Positions 12,695-26,560 of a stretch of 64,000 nt of DNA are shown here, piece by piece. The notes beneath the pieces are model-generated. The model searched no databases. It saw only the letters and a list, made by a program, of their open reading frames with translations, and had not been told where the DNA came from. This DNA comes from Mobula hypostoma (taxonomy: Eukaryota): positions 85,190,001 through 85,254,000 of the forward strand of contig NC_086108.1 of NCBI RefSeq assembly GCF_963921235.1. Direction: 5' to 3'. Position 1 is the stretch's first letter; each line of letters starts with the position of its first letter. A program made the position numbers and the translations under genes.

Positions 12695-15252
12695 AATTTT
12701 CACTTTAAATATACCCACAGCATCCACAGCTGTCTGTGGCAGAGCATTCCATAGATTCACCACTGTCTGGCTAAAAAATTCTCCTTACATTTGTTCTAAA
12801 GGTTTGCTCCTCAATTTTGAATCTGTCCCCTCTAGTTCTAGACACTCCCACCAGAGGAAATATCCTCTTCACATCTACCTTATCTAGACCTTTCAGGAGG
12901 CTTCAAATGAGCTCCCCCCACATTCTTCTAAATTCCAGTGAGTACGGCCCAAAGCTACCAAACGCTCATCATATGTTAACCAGTTCATTCCCGGAATCAT
13001 CCTCGTGAGCGTTCTCTGGGCTCTCTCCGATGACAACATATCCTTTCTGAGATATGAGGCCCAAAACTGTTGATAATACTCCAAGTGCAGCCTGACTAGT
13101 GTCTTATAAAGCCTCAGCATTATCTCCTTGCTTTTATATTCTATTCACTTGGAAATAAATGCCAACATTGCATTTGCCTTCTTTACCACTGACTCAACCT
13201 GTAAATTAACCTTCTGGGAGTCTTGCATGACGACCCCTAAGTCCCTTTGCACCTCTGACGTTTGAATTTTCTCTCCATTTAGATAACAGTCTGCACTTTT
13301 GTTCCTTTTACCAAAGTGTATTATCATATGTTTCCCAACACTGTATTCCATCTGCCACTTTTTTTGTCCATTCTTCCAATTTCTCTGTCCTTCTGCTTCC
13401 TCAGCACTACCTACCCCTCCCCCATCTATCTTTGTATCATTTGCAAACTTTACCACAAAACCATCAATTGTATTACCTAAATAGTTGACAAACAATGTGA
13501 AAACGCAAATACTGACCCCTGAGGAACAGCACGAGTCACTGGCTGCCAACCAGAAAAGGCCCTCCTTATTCCCACTCGCTACCTCCTGTTTGTCAGCCAT
13601 TCCTCTATCCATGCCAGCATCTTCCCTGTAATACCATAGGGTCTGATTTTGTTAAGCAGCCAATGAGTGGTACCTTGTCAAATGCCTTCTGAAAACCCAA
13701 GTTAATGACACCCACTACCTCTCCTTTGTCCACCCTGTTTGTTACTTCCTCAAAGAATTCTAACAGATTTGTCAGGCAAGACTTCCCTTTACAGAAACTA
13801 TGCTGACTTTGACTTATTTCATCATTAGTCTCCAAGTACCCCAAAGCCTCATCCTTAATAATTTAAGGTGGGGGGGTTATATGGGAGGCAGGGTTTGAGG
13901 GTCGGCACAACATTGTGGGCCGAAGGGCCTGTACTGTGCTGTTCTGTTCTATGTTCTATGTTAATAATATACTCCAGCACTTTCCTAACCACTGAAGTCA
14001 GGCTAACTGGCTTTTCTTCCTTTTTAAAGAGTGGAGTGACATCTGCAATTTTTCAGTCCTCCAGAACCATGACAGATACAAATGATTTTTGAAGAGTCAT
14101 ACCCAATGCGTCTACTTTCTCTTCAGCAACCTCTCTCAGAACTCTGGGATGTAGTCCATCTGGTCCAGGTGACATCCACCTTAAGACCTTTCAGTTTGCC
14201 TAGCACCCTTCTCTTTGTTATAGTAATGGCACTCACTCCTGCTCCCTGACACTCATGGACCTCTGGCACACTGCTAGTGTCTTCCACAGTGAAGACTGAT
14301 GCAAAGTACTCATTAAGTTCATCTGCCATTTCTTTGTTCCCCCATTACTACTTCACCAGCATATTTTTCCAGTGATCCAATATCAACTCTCACATCCCTT
14401 TTACTCTTCATATAACTGAAAAAACATTTAGTATCCTGCTTTATATTATTGGCTAATCTACCCTCATATTTCATCTTTTCCCTTGTGGCTTTTTTAGTTG
14501 CCTTTTTTTGGATTTAAAAAACTTTCCAATCATCCATCTTCCCACTCACTTTTGCTACCTTATATGACCTTTCCTTGACTTTTATACAGTCCTTAACTTT
14601 CCTTGTCAGCCATGGTTGCCAACCCCTGCCATTTGAGAACAACTTCTTCTGTGGGGCGTATCTATCCTGTATCTTGTGAACTATTCCCAGAAATTTCAGG
14701 CACCTCTTCTCTGCTGACATCCCTGCCAGTAATCCCTTCCAATACACCTGGACAAGATCCTCTCTCATGCCTCTGTCATATCCTTTATTCCATTGTGATA
14801 CTGATACAAAGGACTTATGCTTCTCCCTCTGAAATTGCAGTATGAATTCAATCATATTATGATCACTGTCTCCTAAAGGTTCATTTACATTAAGCTCTCT
14901 AATAAGATTATTACACAACATCCAATCTAAGATAGCATTTCCCTGAGTAGTCTCAAGCACAAATTGCTCTAAAAAGCCATCTCATAGTCATTCAACAAAT
15001 TCCCTCTCTTGCGATCCGACACCCATCCTGATTTTCCCAATCTGATGCATATTGAAGCCCCCCATTACACTTGTGACGTTACCCTTAGTATATGCCCTTC
15101 CCCACTCCCTTTGCAATCTCAACCTCACATCTTGTTTACTATTTGGAGGCCTATATATGATTCTCATAATGGTTTTTTTCACCTTGCAGTTTCTTAACTC
15201 CACCCACAAAGATTCGACCTTCTCTGATCCTGTGTCACCTCTTTCCAAAGAT
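12695..15252 (-). mobile_element. CR1 LINE ORF2 relic (endonuclease to RT C-terminus)
   Basis: ESLWVELRNCK..YRPPNS; LGDSDHNMIEF; SQHSFCKGKSCLTNLLEFFEEVT; LYKTLVRLHLEY. Small CR1-tail insert at 13862-13960. Confidence 0.92.
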
Positions 15253-15303
15253 TGAATGTGCCCAAGAGAAAATGAATTTCAGGGTTATATATGCTGACAT
15301 ATA

Positions 15304-15458
15304 TAGAAACATAGAAATGTAGAAAACCTACAGCACAATACAGGTCCTTCGGCCTACAAAGCTGTGCTGAACATGTCCTTACCTTAGAAATTACCTAGGG
15401 TTATCCATAGCCCTCCATTTTTTAAGCTCCATGTACCTATCCAGGAGTGGCTTAAAAG
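15304..15458 (-). mobile_element. CR1 3'-end fragment
   Basis: (tagaaaca)n tail plus cagcacaatacaggtccttcggcc. Confidence 0.75.
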
Positions 15459-17532
15459 AACTTATTACATCGTATATATAGTTTGATTAAAAAAATACCT
15501 TAAATGTTGACATTTCTTTTGAGGCTAATCCCCTACAGCCTCAGTACTCCTGAAGGGCCTCCCTTATTTTCAGTACCATAAGCTTTCTTTATACCTTAAT
15601 CAAATATCAGTGTCCATGGTTGCCCTGAACTCTCACAATTTCACTTTTAAAAAGATTCCTACATTGGATGTAGAGACAAGTTGCTACTCTCTAAACAATA
15701 AACACCCCTTTGTTTACTTCTAATCTCTATCCACAAGATCAGACTTGAAGATTTTGGCCTGGATTCACCATTGAAGACATACAAAAGGTGATATCTCAAA
15801 AGGCAGCAGTAGTTTTTAAGGGCCCCCACCACCCAGGACTTGCCCCCTTCTCATTACTACTATCAATGATGAGGTATAGGAGTGGAAAGCATAAAAGAGT
15901 AGGGTAGTTAGATAGTGCTCTTCTATTGCACTTTTATTTTTAGTAATTCTTATTGTAACATATTTTTTATTATATTGCACTGTGCTGCTACCACAAAACA
16001 ACAAATTACACGACATATGTCAGCTGAGTCTCATATCCATGCACACAATTGTATTGAGGAAGTCAATCATCTTTAATCTCCTACTTTTCATCTGGTCTGT
16101 GATTCCATGACTTGTATTTGTGTTGACAGAAAATGACAGAACTACTCAGTTTGTGTGACTGTGAAGAGAGGAACAAAGTCAAGCTTTCAGGTCAATGGCC
16201 TTTAGTCAAAAATAATCACGTGAAAGATCATGAAGTTGAAACATTAGGCCGGATCATGCAAACATCTAGCCAACAGTTCCATAGAGATTCACTTGCTATC
16301 TGCAGTGCACGCATCAACACATTGCAGATTTCGATGACTGCTCATTTCAGCACAAAAACAGAAAATGTACTAAGGGTCAGAAGTCGATGCATTCTGTCAT
16401 TGAGTCCAGAGATGTTCCAAAACTTACTGTGCTGAGAGGCCACAGTGTATGATGTATAGAGGAGAATGGGAGCAATGGCCTTCATTCAAATAATAATAAT
16501 TTACTAATGCATAAAAATAAATGACACAGTTTATGTTGGTGTTGTTGCCTAGGTCTATACCAGGTAGGAGGAATTCAGAAAAGAGATTACAGAATATGGG
16601 AAGAGGGAGCGCATTGACTCAATGTGGAGGTCAAGAAAGGAACTTAATGGAATTAATTCATTGAAGTGTGAAGTTTCACAGTTCGGAAGGTCAAAGAAGG
16701 GTAGGATTCATTTTACATAATAAATAATATGGTCAAAGGATAATGGAGGAACTGAGGGACCTTGGTATATGTACAAAAGTCCTGGAAGATGGCAGCACAG
16801 GTTGATTAAAAAAAAGGCATATGGGATGCTTGTCTTCATTAGACAGGCCATAGAATGCACAGACAAGGAAGATTTGGTATAGTTTTATGTAACAGTGGAA
16901 AGGCGTGATTGCTCGGTAGAAGGTGGCCTTTCCACTGGGTTTTCAAGTGTTCCTGGTGAAATATTTCAAGTTTCTCAGTGCCATCTCAGGTGCTTCTCCT
17001 CCATTTTGATCAGTGATGAGTCAAGGATTATCCCTGGATGGTAGGGATGTTACCTATTTGACAAATTTGAAGCATTTTCCTCACTACCTTGGCATTCTTC
17101 TGTCATGATGGAGCTCATGTCTGCTTTGGGAGTTTGGATGTCAAACATACAATTGCTGTGATATACCCTTCTGGGCTGATTATTGAATGTAATGGAGGTC
17201 TCACTGCTGGGGTGTTAGCCTGAGTAATTGATGTTGATTTGTTTTTCCTGTTAATGGATTTGAAGTATTTTGGGGAGACTTTCATTTTCCTAGTGATTTA
17301 TACTCAGTTCCTGCCTTTGTAAAATCACAGTGAAATATCTGCCTAGATTGCGATGCTGTCAAAATATATTATCCATCTTACAAACTAGAAAAGGCATGGA
17401 CTGGCGCTTTTTTTTTCTGGAAAACTCTCCCATCTTCCTATGCAGTTAGGGTTTCACCTTAGCAAAGCCAATAGTGTAGTGTTGCCAGCTGCAGCAGCAA
17501 CAATTAATTAATTTTAATTAAACAACGTACTT

Positions 17533-17643
17533 GAGAACACCTTATATTCCGTCTGGCTAGCCTCCAACCTGATGGCATGAACACTGACTTCTCTAACTTC
17601 CGTTAATGCCCCTTCGCCCCTTCTCCCCTTCTTACCTCATCCT

Positions 17644-17694
<51 letters not shown>

Positions 17695-18100
17695 TTTGTC
17701 TGTCTATCTATCTTTTCCACTTTCTTTCTCTCTTTTTTTCTCCCTCTGTCCCTCTCACTATATCTTCCTCTGATGCTCCCCTCCCCTTTTATTTCTCCCT
17801 AGGCCTCCCGTCCCATGATCCTCTCTCTTCTGCAGCCTTGTATTTTCTTGCCAATCAACTTTCCAGCTCTTAGCTCCATCCCTCCCCCTCCTGTCTTCTC
17901 CTATCATTTTGGATCTTCCCCTCCTCCTCCCACCTTCAAATCTCTTACTATCTCTTCTTTCAGTTAGTCTTGATGAAGGGTCTCGGCCCGAAACGTCGAC
18001 TGTGCTTCTTCTTATAGATGCTGCCTGGCCTGCTGCGTTCACCAGCATTTTGTGTGCGTTGCTTGAATTTCCAATATCTGCAGATTTCCTTGTGTTTACT
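17533..18100 (+). mobile_element. PLE 3' fragment with (TTTA)n expansion and near-intact hammerhead (17966-18001)
   Basis: GIY-YIG C-terminus (ccttatattccgtctggctagcctccaacctgatggcatgaac). AGTC-TTGATGA-AGGGTCTCGGCCC-GAAAC-GTC-GACT with a C3U change. Confidence 0.88.
17643..17697 (+). repeat. (TTTA)n microsatellite
   Basis: About 13 tandem tttA units inside the PLE 3' UTR. Confidence 0.95.
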
Positions 18101-18351
18101 TGCATCTAACAAACTTTTCAGAAGCACATTTTACCCTGTACTTCATTGAATGAATCAAGATTGACCTGGAAGTGTGTCTTAGAAATTTTTCATTTGTTCA
18201 TTATATGTTTGTGCACTGTAGTATAATTACAGTGATTGGAGATATATAATTGTACTAGAGACTTGGTTCTGGCATGCATAAATTCAAGTTTATTATATGC
18301 ATATAAAAAGAAGATAATCTACAAAAATGCACATTTATGAAACTGGTTGAT

Positions 18352-18918
18352 GATCGCTTCCACCAGAAAAAGCAGGATATCCCAGTGGCCACCCATTTTA
18401 ATTCCACTTCCTGTTCCCATTCTGATATGTCCAGCCATGGCCTCCTCTACCACTGCGATGAGGCCGCACTGAGGTTGGAGGAGGAACACCACATATTCCG
18501 TCTGGGTAGCCTCCAATCTGATGGCATGAACATCGATTTCTCAAACTTCTGGTAATGACCCCTCCCCTTCACTATTTCCCATCTCCTTTTCCCTCTCTCA
18601 CCTGATCTGCTTGCCTGCCCATTGCCTTCCTCTGGTGCTCCTCCCCCTTTTCCTTTCTTCAATGGCATTCTGTCCTTCTCTGGCCCTGTATCTCTTTCAA
18701 CATACAATTTCCCAGCTCTTTACTTCACCCCTTCCCCCTCCCCGTTTTACCTATCACGGTGTGTTTCTTCCTCCCCCTCACCCACCTTCTAGCTCTGACT
18801 CCTCATCTATTTTTCTCCAGTCCTGCTGAAGGGGCTCGGCCCAAAGTGTCAACTGTTTACTCTTTTCTATGGATGCTGCCTGGCCTGCTGAGTTCCTCCA
18901 GCATTTTGTGTGTGTTGC
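18352..18918 (+). mobile_element. PLE 3' fragment (GIY-YIG end plus tail)
   Basis: KQDIPVATHFNSTSCSHSDMS..RLEEEHHIFRLGSLQSDGMNIDFSNF; decayed hammerhead at 18819-18854. Confidence 0.88.
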
Positions 18919-19795
18919 AATGATCTAGTCTTGTCTGTAACATACGTGGTTTATGAAATCTAGTGTGTGCAATCTTTTAAGAATTCTTCCATGTGATTCT
19001 CTGCTCTCTATGTTTATATTTGCACATAATTATTGCCTGAGTTGGAGAATAGAAAAATGCCCTGCCTCTCACAGTAAGTTATTTTTATTTAAAAAAGCAT
19101 TTTGTTAGTAAAAGTTACCAGGATTTCTACAATATGTTAAAGAGAGATACTGATATACTTTCAATCAAAAGTGTCAATTCCTTACACATCTGTTGCATGA
19201 GTAAAGAATTTTTTTACTGGATATACACTATGTTTGTTTCAAGCTGATTAAATAATCTGTCTCTGTATCACTGTCTGCCAGTGTCTTCCTCTTATTTTCC
19301 TATCTGTTTCTCTCTCTTTCTCCCTCATGGTGGTGGCATTCTTAGATTTCGGTCAGTGGTTGTTGAAGCCCTTTGGGAGAACTAAGGGCACGCTATCTCG
19401 GCTGAGGTACTATCTGTTTGATGGAGCATTAAAACTGATACTTGCTTAGGTTGATACGGAAATCATGTTGGATTATTTCAGCAAAAGGAGGGTGTTACAT
19501 TTGTGAATATTTATTCCTCAATATTTATCCACAACATTAACTAAGGTGAAATTGTTCAGGCTTGTATAAAAAGTAGACAGTATTGTGATAGCCAGTCACT
19601 ACTGATCTTGAAAATTCAATAATTATGAATTATAGGAAGTGGAATGGGAAATTCATGTAACTGTTTAGTCTCCTTTCATTTGCAGTTTTTTTTCTGTGTA
19701 CGTAAGCACACTTTAAAAGTATTTATTAAATTGTTTTGGATATTCTGACAAGTGAAATGTACTGTACATTGATATGCAGGTTGTTTCTTTCATAT

Positions 19796-19884
19796 GACTG
19801 TGGATTCTGGTTAACTGGGACACATCAGGACCAGTACATTTTGGCTCAATTAAGTGGCTGCCCCAATTAGCCAAAGTTTCATGG
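19796..19884 (+). mobile_element. Possible Tigger/pogo-type MITE end
   Basis: ctgtggattctggttaactgggacacatcaggaccagtac... resembles such terminal repeats from recall only; no partner end seen. Confidence 0.3.
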
Positions 19885-20166
19885 TTATTTATTTATTTAT
19901 TGAGATACAGCACTGAGTGAGCCATATCGGCCCTTCGAGCCATGCTGCCCAGCAATCCTTGACTTAACTGCAGCCTAATCATGGGACAACTTACAAAGAC
20001 CAATGAACTTACTAACCAGTATGTCTTTGGACTGTGGGAGGAAACTGGAGCACCCTGAGGAAACACGCGGTCACAGGGAGAACGTACAAATTCCTCACAG
20101 GCAGCGACGGAAATTGAACCTGGTTTGCTGGTACTGTAAAGCGTTGTGCTAACCACTACTCCACCC
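19885..20166 (-). mobile_element. tRNA-derived V-SINE-type SINE
   Basis: Reverse strand has an A-box-like gtagtggttagc, B-box-like ggttcaattt, V-domain gtttcctcagggtgctccagtttcctcccacagtccaaagac and (aaat)n tail. Confidence 0.8.
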
Positions 20167-20632
20167 TGGGCAGCTTCCAACCTGATGGCATAGATGTCGA
20201 TTTCTCAAACTTCTGGTAATTACCTCCCCCCTCCCCTCACCATTTCCCCATTCCCGTTTCCCTCTCTCACCTCATCTGCTTACCTGCCCATCACCTCCCT
20301 CTGGTGTTCCTCCCCCTTCCCTTTCTTCCATGCTCTTCTGTTCTCTCCTATCAGATTCCCCTTCTCCAGCCCTTTCTCTTTTGCCAATCAACTTCCTGGC
20401 TCTTTACTTCACCCCTCCCCCTCCATTTTCACATACCACTTTCCACCTTGTATTTCCTTCCCTCCTCACACCTTCTTCTTCTGACTTCTTCCTTTCCTTT
20501 CCAGTCGTGATGAAGGGTCTTGGCCCAAAATGTGGACTGTTTACTCTTTTCCTTAGCTGGCCTGCTAAGTTCCTCCAGCATTTTATGTGTGTTGCTTTGG
20601 ACTTCCAGCATCGGCAGCTTTTCTTGTGTTTG
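20166..20632 (+). mobile_element. PLE 3' fragment, decayed hammerhead at ~20503-20538
   Basis: ctgggcagcttccaacctgatggcat...cagtcgtgatgaagggtcttggcccaaaatgtggact...ccagcatcggcag. Confidence 0.8.
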
Positions 20633-21140
20633 ATAGTCCTACCATCCTTGCCCTTCACTCTGACATGAATATGCACATCTTGAGATCTCACTATCTCCCC
20701 TTCAAAGGCCTCCCACGTGTATGTCATCCCTTGGCCCGCAAACAGACCATTCCAACCAATCTTTGCGAGCTCCTGTCTTATACCGTCAAAGTTTGCCCCG
20801 TCTCGCTTTAGAACTTGAACCTGTGGACCTGCTCTGTCACTATCCAAATCTATTTTAAAACAAATATAACTATGGTCACTGGATGTTGCCAGGCCTAAAT
20901 TATAGGGAGAGATTGGCCAGGCCAGCTCTTTATTCCTGGGAATGAAGGAGAATGTGTGGCAATCCTCTAGCAATATTTAAAATTATGAGAGGCATTGATA
21001 AGGTATATGGCAACAATCCGTTCCCAGGGTAGGGGCATAGATTTAAGGTGAGAGGGAAAACAGTCCGAAGAGTCCTGAGGGGCACTGTGCTCAGCACAGA
21101 CTGGTTGGGCTGAAGGGCCTGTATCCATCCTAAATTGTTG
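20633..21140. mobile_element. CR1 fragments (minus 20633-20890; plus ~20925-21140)
   Basis: SSDHSYICFKI..ANFDGIRQELAKIGW; plus-strand CR1 3' end gggctgaagggcctgtat. Confidence 0.65.
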
Positions 21141-22174
21141 TATCTTCATCTTGGAGTGCAGGCCCTGAAGAATGAACAGGAAAAAGTACATGCTGGTTGA
21201 GTCCGAAGAACTGGAAGGCTGGCGATCACCACAATTTACTGGGGGTGGGGGTTAATTTGAGTTTTATTTAATAAATTTAGTATCTGATCCCAAACGCAAA
21301 AACAGCAAGAGGTTTTCGGCTCTAAGTTCAGGTTTGTCCTCTCATCCTTAAGCACTACTCTTCAAACTTTCACCTAGGTTCCATTAACATGTGCTGAGAC
21401 AAATCATTAGGAATAAAATTTAACCAGAAAGAAGTGGAAAGTTTAAAGGCACAGTAGTAAATCATTCTCTAAATTACATTACTAACTCTCTGAACTTTCC
21501 CTTTAAGAATACATTATTATTAAAAGCATATAAAGTAAGGTTTTGCAATGCATATATTCTGGCTTTTGTTTTGCTAGGTAGTGTTTAGTTGCTCTGGGAA
21601 ACTGCACTGGACCCTTAAAGCCAGAATAATAATTATTAAATTGTCAGCATTATAAAGCAGTTATCTGGATTTTTTTCCCCAGCGCTTTGCCAATGAGTTT
21701 CACAACATGGATTTGCAGGTAATGTTTTCCGAAATAATTGATTAACTTGTCTAGTTGGATCTGCATCACTTCCATGAAGGCAGATTTTTTCATCTGACCC
21801 CTTAGACCAGCCTGAATTGGTCTTATTCAAATTTTCATTTTCTTCATATAGAACTGAGCTGAGCACTGCCTTCATCTATCAGTTCCTACTAGGTTTTTTC
21901 AGCTCTATTTCCCAAGCATGCTTCCAGTATTGGTTGGGCTTTGTTTGAACCACTTATGAAATGTTCTTTCATCATGTTTTTTTCTTTTCTCAATGGCTAA
22001 TATTATTGATATATAATTTATAATAACTGAAGGTTGTCTGCTGATTCACTGGAAAGTTGATTCTAACGCTAGAACTTTCAAGGATTTAACAACACAACAA
22101 GGATTACAAAACACTGGATGTTAGAGAAATTAATTCCCATTGTGCCAACTTTCACAGAGCTCAAGGAATGCAAA

Positions 22175-23620
22175 ATAGAACATAGAACACAGAACATAAG
22201 AACAGTACAGCATGCAATTTGGCCATTTGGCCCACAATCTTTTGACAAACTAATCATATTAGTATTCGATGCCTAATGTAACTAATCACTCCTACCGACA
22301 CAATATCCATATCCTTCTATTTCCTGCATGTTCATGTGCTTATCTAAGTGCCTGTTGAACACCTCTATCTTATTTGCCTCCACTGCCATCCCAAGCAGTA
22401 CAGTCCAGGAACCCATCATTCACTGTATTAAAAAAAGCTTGTCCTACACATCTCCTTTGAAATACCCCCTCCCACCTTAAGTACATGCTCTCTGATATTA
22501 AACGTCTTAACCCAAGGAAAATGACACTGGCTTTCTACCCGATCTATTCCTCTCATAATCTTATAGACCTCTATCAGATCTCCAATCAGCCTTAGCTGCT
22601 CCAGAGAAAACAGCCCAAGTTTGTCCCATCTCTCCTTATCACACGCGCCTAGTAATCTAGGCAGCAGCCTGGTAGTTCTTTCCATAGCCTCTTCCAGACC
22701 AGAACTGAATGCTATACTCCGGATGTGGCATAACTAAAGCTTTATAAAGCTGCAACGTATGTCTGGACTCTTGAAATCAGTTCCTCAACTAATAAAGGCA
22801 ATTATACCATATACCTTCCTTACCACTCTTTCTTTCTATACTTTCAAGATGCTATGGGTCTGGACCCCCAAAATCCTCTGCACATCACTGTTAAGGTTCT
22901 TTCCATTAACAGTGTAATATCTCTTCATATTTGATCTCCTAAAGTGCAATACTTCACATTTGGCAGGGTTGAATGCCATCTGCTATTTCTCCGCTAATAG
23001 CAACAACTGGTATATATCCCACTGTATTCACTGCCAGTCTTTCATGCTATACAAAACACCATTAACTCACCCATCTATGTTTTCATCTAGGTCAAGACCC
23101 ATTGCCCCCTCTTCTGTGGGCAAGCCAATTCTGAATCTAAAAGACCAATTCACTGTAGATTTCATGCATTTGAATTCTGGTGATTGAGCCTCCCATGAGG
23201 GACCTTATCAAAGTCCTCACTAAAATCCATGTAGACAACATCCACAGCGCTACTTTTGTTGACTCCTCAAAAAATCAATCACGTTATTGAGACACAGCTT
23301 GTTCCACAAAAGGCCATGATGACTGTATCTAATTAGGCCATGATTTTTTAATGCTTATAAATCCCATCTTTAAGAATCCTCCCCAGTAATTTCCCTACCA
23401 GTAATAAGAGACTCACTTGTGTATGGTCTCCCATCATGTCCTGGGTACCTAACCACCTTAATATTATATAAGACACCCTAAACTACCTGCTTCTTTATCT
23501 CGAAATGCCCTAGCTTGTTAGCACATTCCACAGTAATCTCCCTACACTCTCAACTTCCTTTTGGTTAATACAGATGCAAAATACTCACTTAGGACCTTGC
23601 TCACATCCTCTGCCTCCAAA
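22175..23620 (-). mobile_element. CR1 LINE relic
   Basis: KLGLFSLEQLRLIGDLIEVYKIMRGIDRV; (agaacat)n tail at 22176-22205. Confidence 0.85.
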
Positions 23621-23754
23621 CAAGTTAAGGTTCAAGTTTAATTCTCATTCAACCATACCCATGTATACAACTAAATGAAACAATGTTCCTCCGGGGCCAA
23701 GGTGCAAAAACTTTGTACGTACGCACACACATAGCACACAAGATTCAATTCAAG

Positions 23755-25165
23755 ACTTAAGATTCAAGATTGTTCATAAAGGAAAGCAAAATAATTGTTA
23801 TTCCGTATCCAATACATCACAAGTAAACGCAATAAGATAAAGAATACAAGGATAAAAATACAATAAATAAACTGTAAATACATAACATAGCTTTTATATA
23901 TATGGATTGATTGTATGTCCATAAAGTGTTGCTAGGCACAGGAGTGTCTGTACTTAAGGTGGCAGAAAGGAGATGATAAAGTAGTGGTGGAGGGGTGGGT
24001 TAGTAGGTGGAGGTGTTGCTTGGGGAAAGTAACTGTTTTTGAGCCTGGTGGTCCTGGCATGGATGTTACATAGCCGCCTCCCTGAAGGGAGTGGGATAAA
24101 CAGTCCTTGAGCTGGGTGGGTGGAATCTTACATGATGTGGCTGGTCCTTTTCTGGCACCTTTCTGTACATATGTCCATGATGGTGGGTAGTTTGGTGCTG
24201 GTGATGTGTTGGGCAGTTTTGACTACCCATTGTAGAGCATTCCTGTCAGCCACAGTACAATTTCCATACCATGCAGTGATGCAGCAGTTTAGGATACTCT
24301 CTGCTGTGCATCTGTAGAAGGACGTGCATATGGATGTGCAAAGCCCAGCTCTCTTCAGGCTTCTTAGATTGTAGAGGTGTTGTTGAACTTTCCTGACTGT
24401 GTGAAATGTGTTCTGGGTCCATGACAGGTTGTGCACCCAGAGGTACACCCAGGAGTTTGACCTGCTCGCTATTTCTACTGCTGTACTGCTGAAGTAAAGG
24501 GTGCTCGGATTGGTACACGTCCTCTTGAAGTCAATAATTTTCTCCTTTGTTTTGTTGACATTGAGGAAGTGGTTATTTACCTGGCACCAGGCCTTGAGCT
24601 CTTCCACTTCCTCTCTGTAGGCTGACTCATCTTTGTTGGTGATGAGCCCTGCCACTATCATATCATTGGCGAACTTGACAATGTGATTACTTGGGTGTTT
24701 GGCTTTGCCGTTGTGAGTGCAGAGTGTACAGAAATACTCTCAGCACACAGCCACGGGGGTCTTCTGTGTTGAGGATGATGGGGAGGGAGGACTGTTTGTG
24801 TATCCTGACTATCTGAGGTCTGTTTGCTATGAAGTCCAACACTCAATTGCACACAGGTGTATTTAGACCGATGATTAGGAATTTGTTCACCAGAGCCTGT
24901 GAAACAATAGAGCTGAATGCCGAATTGAAATCCAGAAACAGCGTTCTGACGTTTCTCCTTATTTCCCGGGTGTGTCAGGGCCAGGTGCATTTCAGACAGC
25001 ATTTGTCATGGAACAGTTCTGCTGGCAAGTGTCCAATGTGGCAAGTTTTTGACATGTGGCATTACCAGTTGTTCAAAGCACTTCATGATGATTGACATCA
25101 ATACCACAGGGCAGTAGTCATTTAGTTCTAAAGGTGTAAAGTTTTTCGGTACAGGGATGATGGTA
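23755..25165 (-). mobile_element. Rex1/Babar LINE RT relic
   Basis: [61 protein letters not shown]. Confidence 0.88.
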
Positions 25166-25464
25166 GGTGGGTGATTTGAAGCATGTGGGTGCACATCATA
25201 TATAGTTACAACAGCACATAAGTGTCAAAAATAATATTAGCACATTCCGTGAGTAGTATGAAGATAGATAGCGTATGGGATGTCCTGGAGCCATGTTTCT
25301 GCAAGAACAAGTACGCAGAAGTATGCAGCTTTAAGCACATGTTCCCTCCTTTAATCTCGCCTGGTCATACCTGCTCCCTAGTTATTCTCTTGCGTAGAAT
25401 GCCTTAGGATTCTCTCAAACACTACATGTCAAGGACTTTTCACGGCCCCTCCTGGCTTTCTTAA

Positions 25465-26560
25465 CTGTGGAGGTCAGGTTGTTGGGTGCATCTGAGGCGG
25501 AGATTGATTGGTTCATGATTGGACATGGCATCAAAGGTTGTAGGGAGAAGGTCGGGAGTGGGGCTGAGGAGGGGAGAAAAAGATCAGCCATGGTTGAATA
25601 GTGGAGCAGACTCAATGGGCCAATGTCCTAATTCTGCTCCTATGTCTCACGGTCTTTCTTGATCTTTTTTCTGGTAACTTTATAATCCTTAAGAGCTCTA
25701 TTTGATTTTAACTTTATGTTAGTTTCCTTTCTTCTCTTGACTGAATCTGAACATCTAAGTTGCCCTTATTCTGCCATTCTTCTTCCTTTTTACTGGAGTA
25801 TACCTACCATGTACTCTGTGCAGTTGGTCTTTAAACACAGTCCGCATGTCAGATGTAGATTTACCCAAAAGCAGCTGTTTCAAAGCAACCCTCCCCAGTT
25901 CTTGCCTGATATTCTTGTAATTTGCCCAGTTCCAATGTTATACTCCCCTTTAAGGTCCACACTTAAGCTTATCTATAACTATATTAAAATGTAAGTAGTT
26001 GTGATCACTGTTGCCTAACTGTTCTCTCACTGGAAGATTAATCACCTGGACAGATTTGGTATCTAACACCAGACATAGTATAGCCCCTCCTCTTGTTGGA
26101 TTATTTACGTATTGATTTAAGAAACTCTTCTGGATGCATCTAATAACTTCTGTCCCATTTAAACTTCTTGAATCAAGGAGGTCCCAGTCTATGTTAGGGA
26201 AGTTGAAGTCACCGACTACAACAATCCTGGTTGTCCTTGCACCTTTTTCTGACCTGCCTGCATGTCTGTTCCTCAATGTTCCGGTGACTATTGGCAAGTC
26301 TGTACTGTAATATAAACCCTTCAGAATTATTGCTACTTTCTTATTTTTGAGCTATAGATTCAGTGGATGAGCCCTCCATTTTGTCCCCTATGAGTGCAGA
26401 TGTGATATTGTCCCTGATTAATAGCACAAATCTCCCTGCCCCCACCTCTCTTTTACCTCCTTCCCCATCTTTTGGAAAGCATCAAAACTGTGGGCCATTA
26501 AGCATCCATATCTGACCTCCTTTCAAATATGTTCATCACACTTAAACATAATACTCCTTG
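25465..26560. mobile_element. CR1 fragments (plus 3' end 25465-25655; minus endonuclease region 25660-26560)
   Basis: VVVGDFNFPNIDW..NPTRGGAIL..LGNSDHN. Confidence 0.8.

Noticed and set aside
21636..21875. 79-aa minus-strand ORF in unique DNA
   Set aside because: No convincing splice signals or homology; length is within chance expectation.
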